DNA of 59,171 bases from contig CAZRPT010000126.1 in the NCBI GenBank assembly GCA_964601985.1, forward strand, positions 1 through 59,171. The letters are read 5' to 3'. The DNA comes from an uncultured Verrucomicrobiota bacterium. Its GTDB lineage: Bacteria > Verrucomicrobiota > Verrucomicrobiia > Limisphaerales > J093. The notes under the pieces are model-generated. The model worked only from the letters and a program-made list of their open reading frames with translations. It did not search any database and was not told the origin of the DNA. The position numbers and the translations under genes were made by a program. Positions within the stretch are counted from its first letter, which is position 1, and every line of letters starts with the position of its first letter. Shown here piece by piece: positions 1 through 13,961 of the stretch.

Positions 1-1
1 G

Positions 2-442
2 GCGCTGGTGCCGTTCAACCAGGATCTGAACCGGCTCGTTCTGCGGGTCCGGAATCCGAAAGCCGCCCGTTACCGGGTGACGTGGGGCGAAACCGGCCGC
101 GTGTACGCCGCGAAGGAGCTGGCAAAGGGCATCAATCTGGCCGCCGACTTCGCGGTCAATCCCTTCAGCGAAGCCTTCCGCAAGGTGGACGAGGCAGTGG
201 CCGCCAAGCAGGCCTACGAAACCCGCCAGATCAAGACCCTGTTCCACGGCCCGGAGATGCGGACCGACGCCAACGCCACGGTGGCCCTCACGGAAGCAAC
301 CCGCGCCCCGCTGGTGGCGGCCATCCACCGCGCCTTCGTCCCCGTGCGCCACACCCTCCGGATCGAGCCGGTTGTAAAGCTTCTGAATTCCCCGACACTG
401 AAACAGCACAAAACTTACGCCGCCTCCGCCAGCAGGGGGTGA
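2..442 (+). CDS. 3' end of a gene entering from upstream of the window (hypothetical protein, last ~147 codons)
   Basis: The frame is open from base 2; the ORF track lists 8..442 with an alternative start. Third positions are G/C-rich up to ~370. Composition then drops (gtaaagcttctgaattcc...), and the last ~23 codons (VKLLNSPTLKQHKTYAASASRG) read into the IS-derived segment. The native C-terminus may therefore have been replaced. Confidence 0.45.
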   Translation, partial: ALVPFNQDLNRLVLRVRNPKAARYRVTWGETGRVYAAKELAKGINLAADFAVNPFSEAFRKVDEAVAAKQAYETRQIKTLFHGPEMRTDANATVALTEATRAPLVAAIHRAFVPVRHTLRIEPVVKLLNSPTLKQHKTYAASASRG

Positions 443-690
443 GTGGTGCCGGTATAGCCATGCCGCTGGAGCAGCCAGTGTTTGTTGAAGCGTTCCTTGA
501 ATTCGATCAGCGCCTGCCGGAGTCCCTCGACCGTGTCAAAGGACCGCACCCACAGGAGCCGTTCCTTCAGCGTACGGATGAACCGCCCCGCCACCACCCG
601 AAATCCACGCCCGGGCCCCCTCGGCCCGCGGGACTTGTGGTGAAGACCGGTGAACCTCGCCCCTTGATTTTTCAAGAATCCACGGCCTTT
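373..690 (-). pseudogene. Remnant of an IS transposase (C-terminal tail of an rve/DDE integrase-core domain) plus a probable IS end
   Basis: Minus ORF 415..930 ends ...GLHHKSRGPRGPGRGFRVVAGRFIRTLKERLLWVRSFDTVEGLRQALIEFKERFNKHWLLQRHGYTGTTHPLL. This is the ERF-x-RTLK-x-E ... FN ... H ... G tail typical of IS3/IS481-type integrase-fold transposases. Only ~90 residues are recognisable, with no catalytic DD region or HTH. The low-GC stretch 373..414 starts TGTAAAG, like an IS terminus. Confidence 0.5.
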
Positions 691-934
691 GGGAGCGCGA
701 ATGGCGAAAGTCGGGTTAGGCCCGGGTCTTGCGGGCCGTGGTCGGCCTCCCAGTGGGGCGGCCACCACGGCAGCAGCAGCGGGAGCAGTTTGCCGCAGGA
801 TTGAGGGGCAGCCCGCCGGATGGGCTGGATCACCGCCAGCTCCGCCGCCCCATCTGCACGGGCCCCCGCTCCTCCCGCCTCCCCGGTGTTTTTTTTCGCG
901 GCAATTCGAGGGAAACTTTCTGTGAATCAAAGGC

Positions 935-962
935 TTGACAAACGAATGGCAACTGGTAGTCT
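935..962 (+). promoter_or_regulatory. Candidate sigma-70-type promoter (TTGACA-N16-TAGTCT)
   Basis: TTGACA lies at 935..940, followed by a 16-nt spacer and TAGTCT at 957..962. The motif is ~80 nt upstream of the PEP-CTERM gene start at 1043, in a locally lower-GC stretch. Confidence 0.3.
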
Positions 963-1042
963 CGTGTCGAGTTGGCCCGATTAAAGGACAGCCAAGCAGT
1001 TGAAAGCTGTATCAACGAGCGATTTCTGGGAAAGCATAAGTC

Positions 1043-1579
1043 ATGAAAAAATTGTCAGTGCTGTTGGCCCTCGGTGGGATGGTTGCCGCCTCCGGCGCGC
1101 TGCAGATGCAGGCGCAAGTGGTGTCGTTTACGTTTGAAGCTCCCGTAGCTACAGGAGACTGGTCCGGGGTAACGGGCTATGGGAAGTTCAGCTACGACGC
1201 CAGCCAGGTTCCCAGTGACGGGTGGATAAACCCGGAATATTTGACGCTGAGTTTTTGGATTCTGGGGCAGAATTTCGACCAAGCCGATGATTCGGGGTTC
1301 CCCACGTACCCGCAGCTTCAGTTGGTGGGAGGCGAGCCCAATTACCTCAGCTTCTGGATCGAGGAGCCGCCGACGAGCATCAGCGAGGAAGGCGTGGTGC
1401 AGATTTACCTGGAAGGTTTCCTTACCAAACTGGGAAGTCCCTCCAACAGCGATTATCTGATTCAAGCCAACGTCGTGGGCACCAAGGTGCCGGAGCCTTC
1501 GGCGATGGCCTTCTCCGCGGTGGCGTTGCTGGGGCTGGGCACATTCATCGCGCGCCGCCGTCAGGCGAAAAAAGGCTGA
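1043..1579 (+). CDS. PEP-CTERM sorting-domain secreted protein
   Basis: N-terminal signal peptide MKKLSVLLALGGMVAASGALQMQAQ. The C-terminus is VPEPSAMAFSAVALLGLGTFIARRRQAKKG, i.e. a PEP motif, a TM helix and a basic tail. ATG start; a strong terminator follows. Confidence 0.85.
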   Translation: MKKLSVLLALGGMVAASGALQMQAQVVSFTFEAPVATGDWSGVTGYGKFSYDASQVPSDGWINPEYLTLSFWILGQNFDQADDSGFPTYPQLQLVGGEPNYLSFWIEEPPTSISEEGVVQIYLEGFLTKLGSPSNSDYLIQANVVGTKVPEPSAMAFSAVALLGLGTFIARRRQAKKG

Positions 1580-1595
1580 GCCTTTCCCAGATCTG

Positions 1596-1630
1596 AAAAG
1601 ACCGCCGGACAAGGGTCCGGCGGTTTTTTT
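1596..1630. terminator. Bidirectional rho-independent terminator between convergent genes
   Basis: A perfect 10-bp stem, accgccggac (1601..1610) / gtccggcggt (1615..1624), with a 4-nt loop. It is flanked by an A-run (1596..1599) and a T-run (1624..1630). It sits between the PEP-CTERM gene stop (1579) and the moeB stop (1656). Confidence 0.8.
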
Positions 1631-1655
1631 GTGCGTGGAGCCGGAAAAAAGCGGC

Positions 1656-2804
1656 TCAGTAGCGGGGCAGGGAGGGGTCAATTTCGGCGGCCCAGGCCAG
1701 CAGGCCGCCGCGAACGCTGCGGGCGTCGCGGAAGCCGCGCGATTTGAGGAACGCCGCCGCTTGTCGGGAACGCGCGCCGTGGTGGCAAAGCAGGTAGCAG
1801 GGGCGGCTCGGATCCAATTCCGCGAGCCGTTCCGGCAGGGCGCGCAGGGGAATCCCGCGCGTGCCCGGCAGATGGACCAGCTCATATTCCGCCGGTTCGC
1901 GCACGTCCACCACCTGCACGCCGCGCGCCGGATCATCGAGCGCGGCCTTCAGCGCCTGCACGGTGACTTCCGGCACGGCGTCGGCGGCCGGAGCGGCCGG
2001 TTTTTTCAGTCCGCAAAAATCCTCGTAATCAACCAGTCCCGTGAGGGTGGGACGCTCGCCGCACCGGGGGCAGGCCGGATCGCGGCGCACCTTGAGTTCG
2101 CGAAACCGCATCGCGAGGGCGTCGTACAACAGGAGGCGGCCCAGCAACGGCTCGCCCTGGCCGAGGATCAATTTGAGGATTTCGGTGGCCTGCAGGCAGC
2201 CGACGACGCCGGGCAACACCCCCAGCACGCCGCCTTCGGCGCAGGTGGGCACGCTGCCGGGCGGGGGCGGCTCGGGGTAGAGGCAGCGGTAGCACGGCCC
2301 GCCCAGATGCGGCGCGAAGACGCTGACCTGCCCCTCGAACCGGAAGATCGAGCCGTACACGTTCGGCTTGCGCAGGATCACGCAGGCGTCGTTGGTCAGG
2401 TAGCGGGTGGGGAAGTTGTCCGTGCCGTCCACCACGATGTCGTAGCGGGCAATGAGGTCGAGCGCGTTGTCGCGGGTCAACCGGAGGTCGTGGGTTTCCA
2501 CCTGCACGTGCGGGTTGAGGGCTTCGAGGGTGGCCCGGGCGGAGGCGGTTTTGAGCCGGCCGAGGTCCGGGTCGCCGTGCAGAATCTGGCGTTGCAGGTT
2601 GGATTCCTCGACTTGATCGAAATCCACCAAGCCCAGCCGTCCGACGCCGGCGGCGGCGAGGTACATCGCAATGGGCGATCCCAGGCCGCCCACGCCCACG
2701 CACAGCACGCTGGCGGCCCGAATCTTCTGCTGGCCCGCCAGCCCGACTTGCGGCAGGATCAGATGCCGCGCATAACGCCGGATTTCGTCGTTGCTCAAAC
2801 CCAT
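1656..2804 (-). CDS. moeB: Molybdopterin-synthase adenylyltransferase/sulfurtransferase (ThiF/MoeB E1-like domain with a C-terminal rhodanese domain, MoeZ-type)
   Basis: The real start is the internal ATG at 2804 (MGLSNDEIRRYARHLILPQVG...) within ORF 1656..3602. Motifs seen: nucleotide-binding VGVGGLGS, the Zn cysteine pairs CYRC and CPRC, and the rhodanese active-site loop LLCHHGARS. Confidence 0.9.
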   Translation of the reverse strand: MGLSNDEIRRYARHLILPQVGLAGQQKIRAASVLCVGVGGLGSPIAMYLAAAGVGRLGLVDFDQVEESNLQRQILHGDPDLGRLKTASARATLEALNPHVQVETHDLRLTRDNALDLIARYDIVVDGTDNFPTRYLTNDACVILRKPNVYGSIFRFEGQVSVFAPHLGGPCYRCLYPEPPPPGSVPTCAEGGVLGVLPGVVGCLQATEILKLILGQGEPLLGRLLLYDALAMRFRELKVRRDPACPRCGERPTLTGLVDYEDFCGLKKPAAPAADAVPEVTVQALKAALDDPARGVQVVDVREPAEYELVHLPGTRGIPLRALPERLAELDPSRPCYLLCHHGARSRQAAAFLKSRGFRDARSVRGGLLAWAAEIDPSLPRY

Positions 2805-2822
2805 GACCGAGCCCTGTTTCGC

Positions 2823-3689
2823 ATGAGCCCGAGCGGAAAGAAAGTCAGTTCCCGCCGTCCCGTCGCGACGGCGCGGGAAGTCACTCCGGAAACGGCCGCC
2901 GCCGCCGTGCGCCGGCGCTGTCGCCTGCGTCCCCGGCTGGCGGTGGTGCTGGGCAGCGGGTTTCACGCGGTCGCGAACGAGGTGGAAATCGAGGCGGCGC
3001 TGGAATACGCCCGGGTGCCCGGTTTGTGTCCCGCCGGCGTGCCGGGGCACGCGGGCCGGCTGCTCGTGGGCCGGCTGGCGGGCGCGCCGGTGCTGCTGTT
3101 CGCCGGGCGGCTGCACTTTTACGAAGGCCATTCGCTGGCGCGGGTGACCTTCCCCGTCCGGCTGGCCGCCGCGCTGGGGGTGGAGCAAATCCTGCTGACC
3201 AACGCCGCCGGCGGGATCCATCCCCGGCTGGCGCCCGGCGATTTCATGATTTTGCGCGATCATATCAACCTGATGGGCGGCAACCCACTGTGCGGACATG
3301 AGGCGGAAGAACCGGGATTCGTGGACTTGAACGAGGCTTATGACCCCGTGTTGCGCCGGCACCTGCGGGCGGCGGCCCGCGAGGCGGGGGTCCGGGCCCG
3401 CAGCGGGGTGTATCTGGCGGTCAGCGGTCCCAGCTATGAAACGCCGGCCGAGATTCGCGCCTTTGCCCGGCTGGGCGCCGACGCCGTGGGCATGAGCACC
3501 GTGCCGGAGGTGATCGTGGCCCGGCATTGCGGGCTGCGGGTGGCGGGGCTTTCCTGCATCACCAACCTCGCCGCCGGACGCGCGCGCGGCGGCATCAGCC
3601 ACGAGGAGGTCCTGGCCATGGGCCGGCGGGCCGGGGAGCAGGCGGGCCGGCTGGTGGCCGCGTTTGCCCGTCGCGCGGCCGCCGCGTGA
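2823..3689 (+). CDS. punA: Purine nucleoside phosphorylase (trimeric PNP family)
   Basis: Internal ATG at 2823 of ORF 1629..3689. Motifs seen: LGSGF, GRLHFYEGH, VSGPSYETPAE, GMSTVPEV and NLAAG. The start is only 18 bp from the divergent moeB start, so the exact start is uncertain. Confidence 0.85.
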   Translation: MSPSGKKVSSRRPVATAREVTPETAAAAVRRRCRLRPRLAVVLGSGFHAVANEVEIEAALEYARVPGLCPAGVPGHAGRLLVGRLAGAPVLLFAGRLHFYEGHSLARVTFPVRLAAALGVEQILLTNAAGGIHPRLAPGDFMILRDHINLMGGNPLCGHEAEEPGFVDLNEAYDPVLRRHLRAAAREAGVRARSGVYLAVSGPSYETPAEIRAFARLGADAVGMSTVPEVIVARHCGLRVAGLSCITNLAAGRARGGISHEEVLAMGRRAGEQAGRLVAAFARRAAAA

Positions 3690-3734
3690 GCCGGCCGCCT
3701 GCGCGCCTGCGTGTTCCCCACGGGTCCGCGGCGG

Positions 3735-5543
<1,809 letters not shown>

Positions 5544-5567
5544 GTCAGCGGAAACAAGGAAAACGGT

Positions 5568-7427
5568 TTAACGCGGCGAACCCTGTTTTTGGATATGGGG
5601 GGGCAATTTGATTGGAGGGAGTATGTTGGGCTCCAGCGAGGGCGCTTGGGGCACCGGACGGTCAGGCCGGCCAAAGTGTTTTTTCTGCCATCGGGGGCGG
5701 TCGCTGAAAAAGAGTTGATCCGGCAGGTAGCGTTCCCACGCGTCCACCAGCGGAAAGTCCTTGGGCAACTGCTCATGCAGCAACACGTCCACCACGAAAC
5801 GCGCCCAGTCGTAATCGCGTCCCTGAATGATCTGGCTCAGGAACCTGGCGTTCGAGGTCAACTGGGTGAGGTACAACGCCGACACCTGCTTGTGGCGGTC
5901 GTGAATTTCGAAGAAGGTCTCCTTCGGATTGCGCGGAATCCAGACGCATTGCCGGTCGCCGTACCAGGCCACCGCCCACGGCATGTCGCTCATCATCAGC
6001 TCGTCTTCGTTGAGCAACCTGGCATTGGTTTGGATCCACGGGGGATAGTAGGGGGGGTAGTTGATGGGCACGTTGCGCGGCGGCAGGAAAGTCAGCAGCA
6101 TCGGCAGGGCCGCCACCCCCGCCAGCACCACGGTGAGAAAATGCCGCAGCTCGGGAATGGGCAGCTCCAACTGATCCAGCAGCGTGCTCAAAAAACCGGC
6201 GCCAAACATCACCAGCAGCGGCGCCAGCAGGATCAGCAGGTTTTCCGAGTTGATGACGGGCATGTCCTTGGAGAGATGGGTGCGCCCGATCGCCTGCGCC
6301 ACCAGCAGCGTGCCCAACGCCAGCAGCACGAAAAAGCGCAGCCGGCTCAGCCCCGGATTGCGGTACCGCAACAACAGGCCCACCAGGAAAAAGCCGCCCA
6401 GCCAGTTGCCGCCCAGCACCGGCAGCTCCTCGGAAATGCTGCGGTGCAGATTGGTCACTCCTTTGCGGAGGTAGTCGTTCAGCCCCACTTCATCGAGGTT
6501 CGGGTCCAGGGAGCGCTCCAGGGTGTTGCCGGGATACGGCAGGGTGCTTTCCTCCAGGGCGAACCCCGCCAGCCCGAACGGGCGGCCCGTCCACGAATAG
6601 TTGCGCGCCAGCCAGGGCCCCGCCACCAGCGCGGCGCCCGCCACCACCAGGGTGGTGATGAGCGCGGCCCGTTTCGCGCAAAAAATCCAGGTGAAGAAAA
6701 TGACCGGAACCAGCAGGCCGAGCAGCGAATACCGCGTCAATCCCGCCACCCCGACGAGCACCCCCACCAGCAAGGCCCAGCGTCCCACCACGGGCCGCGG
6801 GCCGCCGCTCTCGTGACAGGCTTCGTCCAGGCGCACCATGACCCGCGCCAGCAGCGTCACCCAGAACATCGCCAGCAGGGTTGGGAGTCCCGAGGTGCTG
6901 AACCGCCACAACACGTCCGACACCAGCAGAAACACCAGGGTGAACACCGCCACTTCCAGATTGAACAGGCGCGTGGCCAGGCCGCAGATCAGCCCGATGG
7001 TCAGCAGGAACAGGATTTGGTTGGCCACCGCGATGATCACCTCCGGCTGATACCGCCAGAACGGGCCGTTGATCTCGTAATCAAACGGCAGCACCTTCAT
7101 CAGCCCGGCCAGAAACAGCGGATACACCGGCGGCGTCATCAGGTCGGGATGCGGCGTCTTGCTCAAACCGAAATCCAGGCCGCGCTTTTCCTGCACCAGG
7201 TACAGGCTCAAAGGGCGGATGCATTCGGTGGTGTAGCCCCGGCCTTCGGCCAGATTGCGCGCCACCTGGGCGGCCTCCATCGCTCCGGCGGTGTTGAAGT
7301 TTTTGAATTCCCGGGTGTCGTACCACCACGCCAGCGCGAGCACCGCCAGCGACGCCGCGATGACGCGGATGATCCGCGGTCCGCTGCCGACTTCCAACTG
7401 GTAAATCAGTTCCTGTATGTGAGGCAT
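5568..7427 (-). CDS. Polytopic membrane protein, GT-C fold glycosyltransferase-like (family 39/ArnT/PMT-like), with a C-terminal soluble region
   Basis: 619 aa with many predicted TM helices. The first periplasmic loop, AMEAAQVARNLAEGRGY, resembles the acidic-loop motif of GT39/GT83 enzymes. The family call rests on pattern recognition only. Confidence 0.45.
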   Translation of the reverse strand: MPHIQELIYQLEVGSGPRIIRVIAASLAVLALAWWYDTREFKNFNTAGAMEAAQVARNLAEGRGYTTECIRPLSLYLVQEKRGLDFGLSKTPHPDLMTPPVYPLFLAGLMKVLPFDYEINGPFWRYQPEVIIAVANQILFLLTIGLICGLATRLFNLEVAVFTLVFLLVSDVLWRFSTSGLPTLLAMFWVTLLARVMVRLDEACHESGGPRPVVGRWALLVGVLVGVAGLTRYSLLGLLVPVIFFTWIFCAKRAALITTLVVAGAALVAGPWLARNYSWTGRPFGLAGFALEESTLPYPGNTLERSLDPNLDEVGLNDYLRKGVTNLHRSISEELPVLGGNWLGGFFLVGLLLRYRNPGLSRLRFFVLLALGTLLVAQAIGRTHLSKDMPVINSENLLILLAPLLVMFGAGFLSTLLDQLELPIPELRHFLTVVLAGVAALPMLLTFLPPRNVPINYPPYYPPWIQTNARLLNEDELMMSDMPWAVAWYGDRQCVWIPRNPKETFFEIHDRHKQVSALYLTQLTSNARFLSQIIQGRDYDWARFVVDVLLHEQLPKDFPLVDAWERYLPDQLFFSDRPRWQKKHFGRPDRPVPQAPSLEPNILPPIKLPPHIQKQGSPR

Positions 7428-7487
7428 GAGTCTCTTCGGGCGGGGCGCCGCGCGGCGCGATCTCCCGGCGCGTTTCGCGCGGCCGGC

Positions 7488-8897
7488 TCAGTAATCTTCG
7501 AGATGGTACACGTGCAACTTGCGATGAAGCGTGCGCCGGCTGATGCCGAGCCGTTGCGCCGCCAGCGTGCGGTTCCCCTTCGTTTCCTGCAAGGCGCGAA
7601 TGATCTGCTGCCGTTCCGATTCCTTCAACGTCAGCCCGGACGGCGGCGGCGTTCCCGCCCGGATGATCGCCGGCGCCGGCGCGCCCTCCGCTCCGCCTTC
7701 GGCCTTTTCGGCGGCGCGTTGTTCCCGGATGTTCGGCGGCAGGTCGCGCAACGTGATGCGGTCGCCCCGGCACAGCGCCACCGCGCCCTCGATCGCGTTC
7801 CGCAGCTCGCGCACATTGGCGGGCCAGGAGTAACTCATGAGGGCGTTCATGGCGTCGGCGGTGAAGCCCTCGATCGGTTTGCCGTATTCCTGGCTGATCT
7901 GCTTCAGGAAATGGGTCGCCAGCAGGGGAATGTCCCCCTCCCGCTCGCGCAAGGGCGGCAGCCACAACTCCACCACCCGCAGCCGGAAATACAAATCCTG
8001 CCGGAACTTGCCCGCCGCCACCGCCTCCGCGAGATTGCGGTTGGTGGCCGCCACCAGCCGCACGTCCACCGAGATCGTCTTGTTCGAGCCCACCCGCTCG
8101 AAGGTCCGCTCGCCCAGCACCCGCAGCAACTTGACCTGCGTGCTGGCGTCAATCTCCCCGAGCTCGTCCAGGAACAGCGTCCCGCCGTTGGCCTGCTCGA
8201 AGCGCCCGATGCGCCGCTCGTTCGCGCCGGTGAAGGCCCCCTTTTCGTGGCCGAACAGCTCGCTCTCCAGCAGCGTCGCCGGCAGCGCCGCGCAATGGAC
8301 GGTCACCATCGGCTGCCGGGCGCGCGGGCTCAGCCGGTGGATGGCCTTGGCGAACATCTCCTTGCCCGTGCCGCTTTCCCCCTGGATCAGCACCGTGGCC
8401 GGCGTGGGCGCCACCTGTTTCACCACGTCGAACACCTCCTGCATGGCGGGCGAGTTGCCCACGATCTCCTCGATGCCGAACTTCTCGTCCAACTGGGCGT
8501 GCAGGGTGCGGTTTTCGTCCTCCAGGCGATGCTGCCGCAACGCCCGGGCGATCCGCATCTCCAGCTCGTCAATCTGCATCCGCCCCTTCGGCAGGTAATC
8601 GTCCGCCCCCCGCTTCATCGCCTCCACCGCCAGCTCCTCCGACCCGTAGGCGGTCATCAGGATGCACACCGGCGGTTTGGAAAGGGACTTCGCCCGGGCG
8701 ATCAGCTTCATGCCGTCCTCCTTCGGCATCCGGAAATCCGTCAGCACCACGTCGAACCGCTCCTTTTCCAGCAACGCGATCGCCGAGGCCGCGTCCTCCG
8801 CCACGTACACGTCGAAACGATCCTCCAAAGCGGCCCGCAAGCCCTCCCGGGTGGGCTTTTCGTCGTCCACGATGAGTAGCGTCGGCTGGTCGTCCAT
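7488..8897 (-). CDS. Sigma-54-dependent response regulator (NtrC family enhancer-binding protein)
   Basis: Receiver domain (LLIVDDE...VVLTDFRMP), AAA+ Walker A GESGTGKE, the sigma-54 contact loop GAFTGA, and a C-terminal Fis-type HTH (AAQRLGISRRTLHRKL). I chose the ATG at 8897 over the TTG at 8933. There is no adjacent histidine kinase. Confidence 0.9.
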   Translation of the reverse strand: MDDQPTLLIVDDEKPTREGLRAALEDRFDVYVAEDAASAIALLEKERFDVVLTDFRMPKEDGMKLIARAKSLSKPPVCILMTAYGSEELAVEAMKRGADDYLPKGRMQIDELEMRIARALRQHRLEDENRTLHAQLDEKFGIEEIVGNSPAMQEVFDVVKQVAPTPATVLIQGESGTGKEMFAKAIHRLSPRARQPMVTVHCAALPATLLESELFGHEKGAFTGANERRIGRFEQANGGTLFLDELGEIDASTQVKLLRVLGERTFERVGSNKTISVDVRLVAATNRNLAEAVAAGKFRQDLYFRLRVVELWLPPLREREGDIPLLATHFLKQISQEYGKPIEGFTADAMNALMSYSWPANVRELRNAIEGAVALCRGDRITLRDLPPNIREQRAAEKAEGGAEGAPAPAIIRAGTPPPSGLTLKESERQQIIRALQETKGNRTLAAQRLGISRRTLHRKLHVYHLEDY

Positions 8898-9002
8898 AGC
8901 GCCGCCGCCAGTATGCCCGCCCTGTTCCCGCAATGCACCGAGTTTTTTGGCGGCGGGCGCAAGAAGAACGCCCCTTTCCCCTCCGCCGGCGGATCCCGTT
9001 TT

Positions 9003-11927
<2,925 letters not shown>

Positions 11928-11962
11928 CGGCGGCTTGGAGCGGGCGCGGGGACGGGCGGCGT

Positions 11963-13948
11963 TCAACCGCCCACGCTGGCCAGCTCCTCGTTCGTCATGG
12001 CGTTGATGATTTTGAACTGCTCGGCGTGGAAGGTGGGATCGGAACGGAAGGAGAGCTTGCCGAAGTATTTCTTCTCCATCTCGATGATGAGTTTCTCGTC
12101 CTCGGTGCGGAGCCGTTCGAGCACGGCGGGATGCACCAGGATGCGGAGCTGGAAGTCGGATTCGTCGCGCTGGCGGCGCTTGAGGATTTCGGCCAGCCGG
12201 CGCTGGATTTCCACGCTCATGGTGAGGGGGCTCTTGACCACGCCGCGGCCCTTGCAGTAGGGGCAGTCGTCATAGACCGCCTCGCGCACGCTTTCGGTGT
12301 GGCGCTGGCGGGTCATCTCCATGAGGCCGAGCTGGGAGATGGGCAGCACGTGGGTCTTGGCCTTGTCGCGCTTCAGGTTGGCGCGCATCCGCTGGTACAC
12401 CGCCTGCCGGTCGCGGTGGAGCTTCATGTCAATGAAGTCCAGCACGATCAGGCCGCCCATGTTGCGGAGGCGCATCTGCCGGCAGATTTCGTCGGCGGCC
12501 TCGAGGTTCACCTTGAGGATGGTGGACTCGGGATCCTTGACGCTCTTGTGGCGGCCGGTGTTGACGTCAATGGCCACCAGCGCCTCGGTCTCGTCAATGA
12601 TGATGTAGCCGCCGCTCTTGAGGTGGACGTTGCGGGCGAAGGCGGTCTGCAACTGCTTGGTGATGCCGAACCGGTTGAAGATCGGCTGCGAGTCGTTGTA
12701 GAACTGCACCTTCGACGCCGCCCGCTTGGAGATGCGCATGATGCTCTCGCGGATGCTCTGGTACTTGCCGTAGTCGTCCACCACGATCCGCTCGACCCCT
12801 TCGGTGAGGAAGTCCCGCACCGTGCGTTCGATGAGGTCCGGTTCCTGAAAGACGCAGGTGGGCGCCTTCAGGGTGTCAATGCGTTTCTGGATGGCCTCCC
12901 ATTCCTCGAGGAGGATCGCGAGGTCGCGCACGAAGAAGCGGGTTTGCTGGCCCTCGCCGGCGGTGCGGATGATCACCCCCATGCCGTCGGGCAGGGTGAG
13001 CTTGCGGACGATGCGCTTGAGGCGCTGGCGCTCCTCGACGTTTTCGATCTTGCGCGACACGCCGCTCTGGTCGCTGTTGGGCAGCAGCACGAGGTACTTG
13101 CCCGGGAGGGCGAGGTTGGTGGTGATGCGCGGGCCCTTGGTGCCGATGGGGCCCTTGGTCACCTGGACGATGATCTCCTTGCCGGGCGGGTAGAGCTTGG
13201 GGATGTCCTTGTGGGTCACGCGGGGGCGCTCGCGCCGCCGGCGGTTGCCGCGGTCCACCACCTCGACGCTGCTGTCAATGCCCGCCGGGACGATGTCCCA
13301 ATAGTGCAGGAAGGCGTTCTTCTCGTAGCCGATGTCCACGAACGCCGCCTTCAGGCCGTCCTCGAGGTTGCGCACCTTGCCCTTGAAGATGCTGCCCACC
13401 AGCCGCTCGTCGTTGGTGCGCTCGATGGTGAAATCCTCGAGGCGCCCCTCTTCGAGCACCGCCACGCGGGTCTCGAGCGATTCGGCGTTGATGATGATCT
13501 CCTTCCGGGAGCGTTGCACCGGGCGGATGACGGCGCGGACCCGCTTGATGACCTTGGCGGCGGCGGCGCGGATCGAGCCCACGATGCTGCCGTCCTCGTC
13601 CCGGACCGGGGATTTTTCTCCGGAAGGGGCGTCCTCGCGCTGGGCGCGCACCCGCGCGGGCACGTCGGCGTGGGGCTCGCGAAAGCCGCGATCCGGTCCG
13701 CGCCCCTTGGGGGGGGAGGTCTCGGCGGCGGTCTCGGGGGCGTCCTCCGGCAGCCCGGCGGCGCGGTTCTCCGCCCGCACGATCTCGCGCTCGTGGCGGC
13801 GGTCAAACACGCTGCTGTCGAAGTCGCGCCCGCTGAGCGCCGCGGCCCGGGCCTCGAACCCGGCTTTTTGTCCCGGTTTGAAAACCTGTCGTTTGCCCGG
13901 CCGATAACGCTGCACGCGCCGGCGCCGGGGATTGGTTCGTTCACTCAT
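11963..13948 (-). CDS. rng: Ribonuclease E/G family endoribonuclease with a ~150-aa basic N-terminal extension
   Basis: S1 domain [23 protein letters not shown], catalytic-core motifs ([16 protein letters not shown]) and the Zn-link CPYCKGRG. It lies directly downstream of the mre/mrd cluster, as rng does in E. coli. Confidence 0.85.
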   Translation of the reverse strand: MSERTNPRRRRVQRYRPGKRQVFKPGQKAGFEARAAALSGRDFDSSVFDRRHEREIVRAENRAAGLPEDAPETAAETSPPKGRGPDRGFREPHADVPARVRAQREDAPSGEKSPVRDEDGSIVGSIRAAAAKVIKRVRAVIRPVQRSRKEIIINAESLETRVAVLEEGRLEDFTIERTNDERLVGSIFKGKVRNLEDGLKAAFVDIGYEKNAFLHYWDIVPAGIDSSVEVVDRGNRRRRERPRVTHKDIPKLYPPGKEIIVQVTKGPIGTKGPRITTNLALPGKYLVLLPNSDQSGVSRKIENVEERQRLKRIVRKLTLPDGMGVIIRTAGEGQQTRFFVRDLAILLEEWEAIQKRIDTLKAPTCVFQEPDLIERTVRDFLTEGVERIVVDDYGKYQSIRESIMRISKRAASKVQFYNDSQPIFNRFGITKQLQTAFARNVHLKSGGYIIIDETEALVAIDVNTGRHKSVKDPESTILKVNLEAADEICRQMRLRNMGGLIVLDFIDMKLHRDRQAVYQRMRANLKRDKAKTHVLPISQLGLMEMTRQRHTESVREAVYDDCPYCKGRGVVKSPLTMSVEIQRRLAEILKRRQRDESDFQLRILVHPAVLERLRTEDEKLIIEMEKKYFGKLSFRSDPTFHAEQFKIINAMTNEELASVGG

Positions 13949-13961
13949 GTCGGTGGGAATG

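Noticed and set aside
373-390. Adjacent HindIII (aagctt) and EcoRI (gaattc) sites suggesting vector polylinker contamination
   Set aside because: The surrounding sequence continues into a transposase tail and native-looking genes on both sides, with no other vector features. This is most simply a chance occurrence in a low-GC IS terminus.
1629-3689. Overlapping 686-aa (+) and 648-aa (-) ORFs covering the same 2 kb
   Set aside because: Each is real only in its 3' part (punA from 2823; moeB up to 2804). The 5' parts are antisense shadows of the partner gene, with no recognisable motifs.
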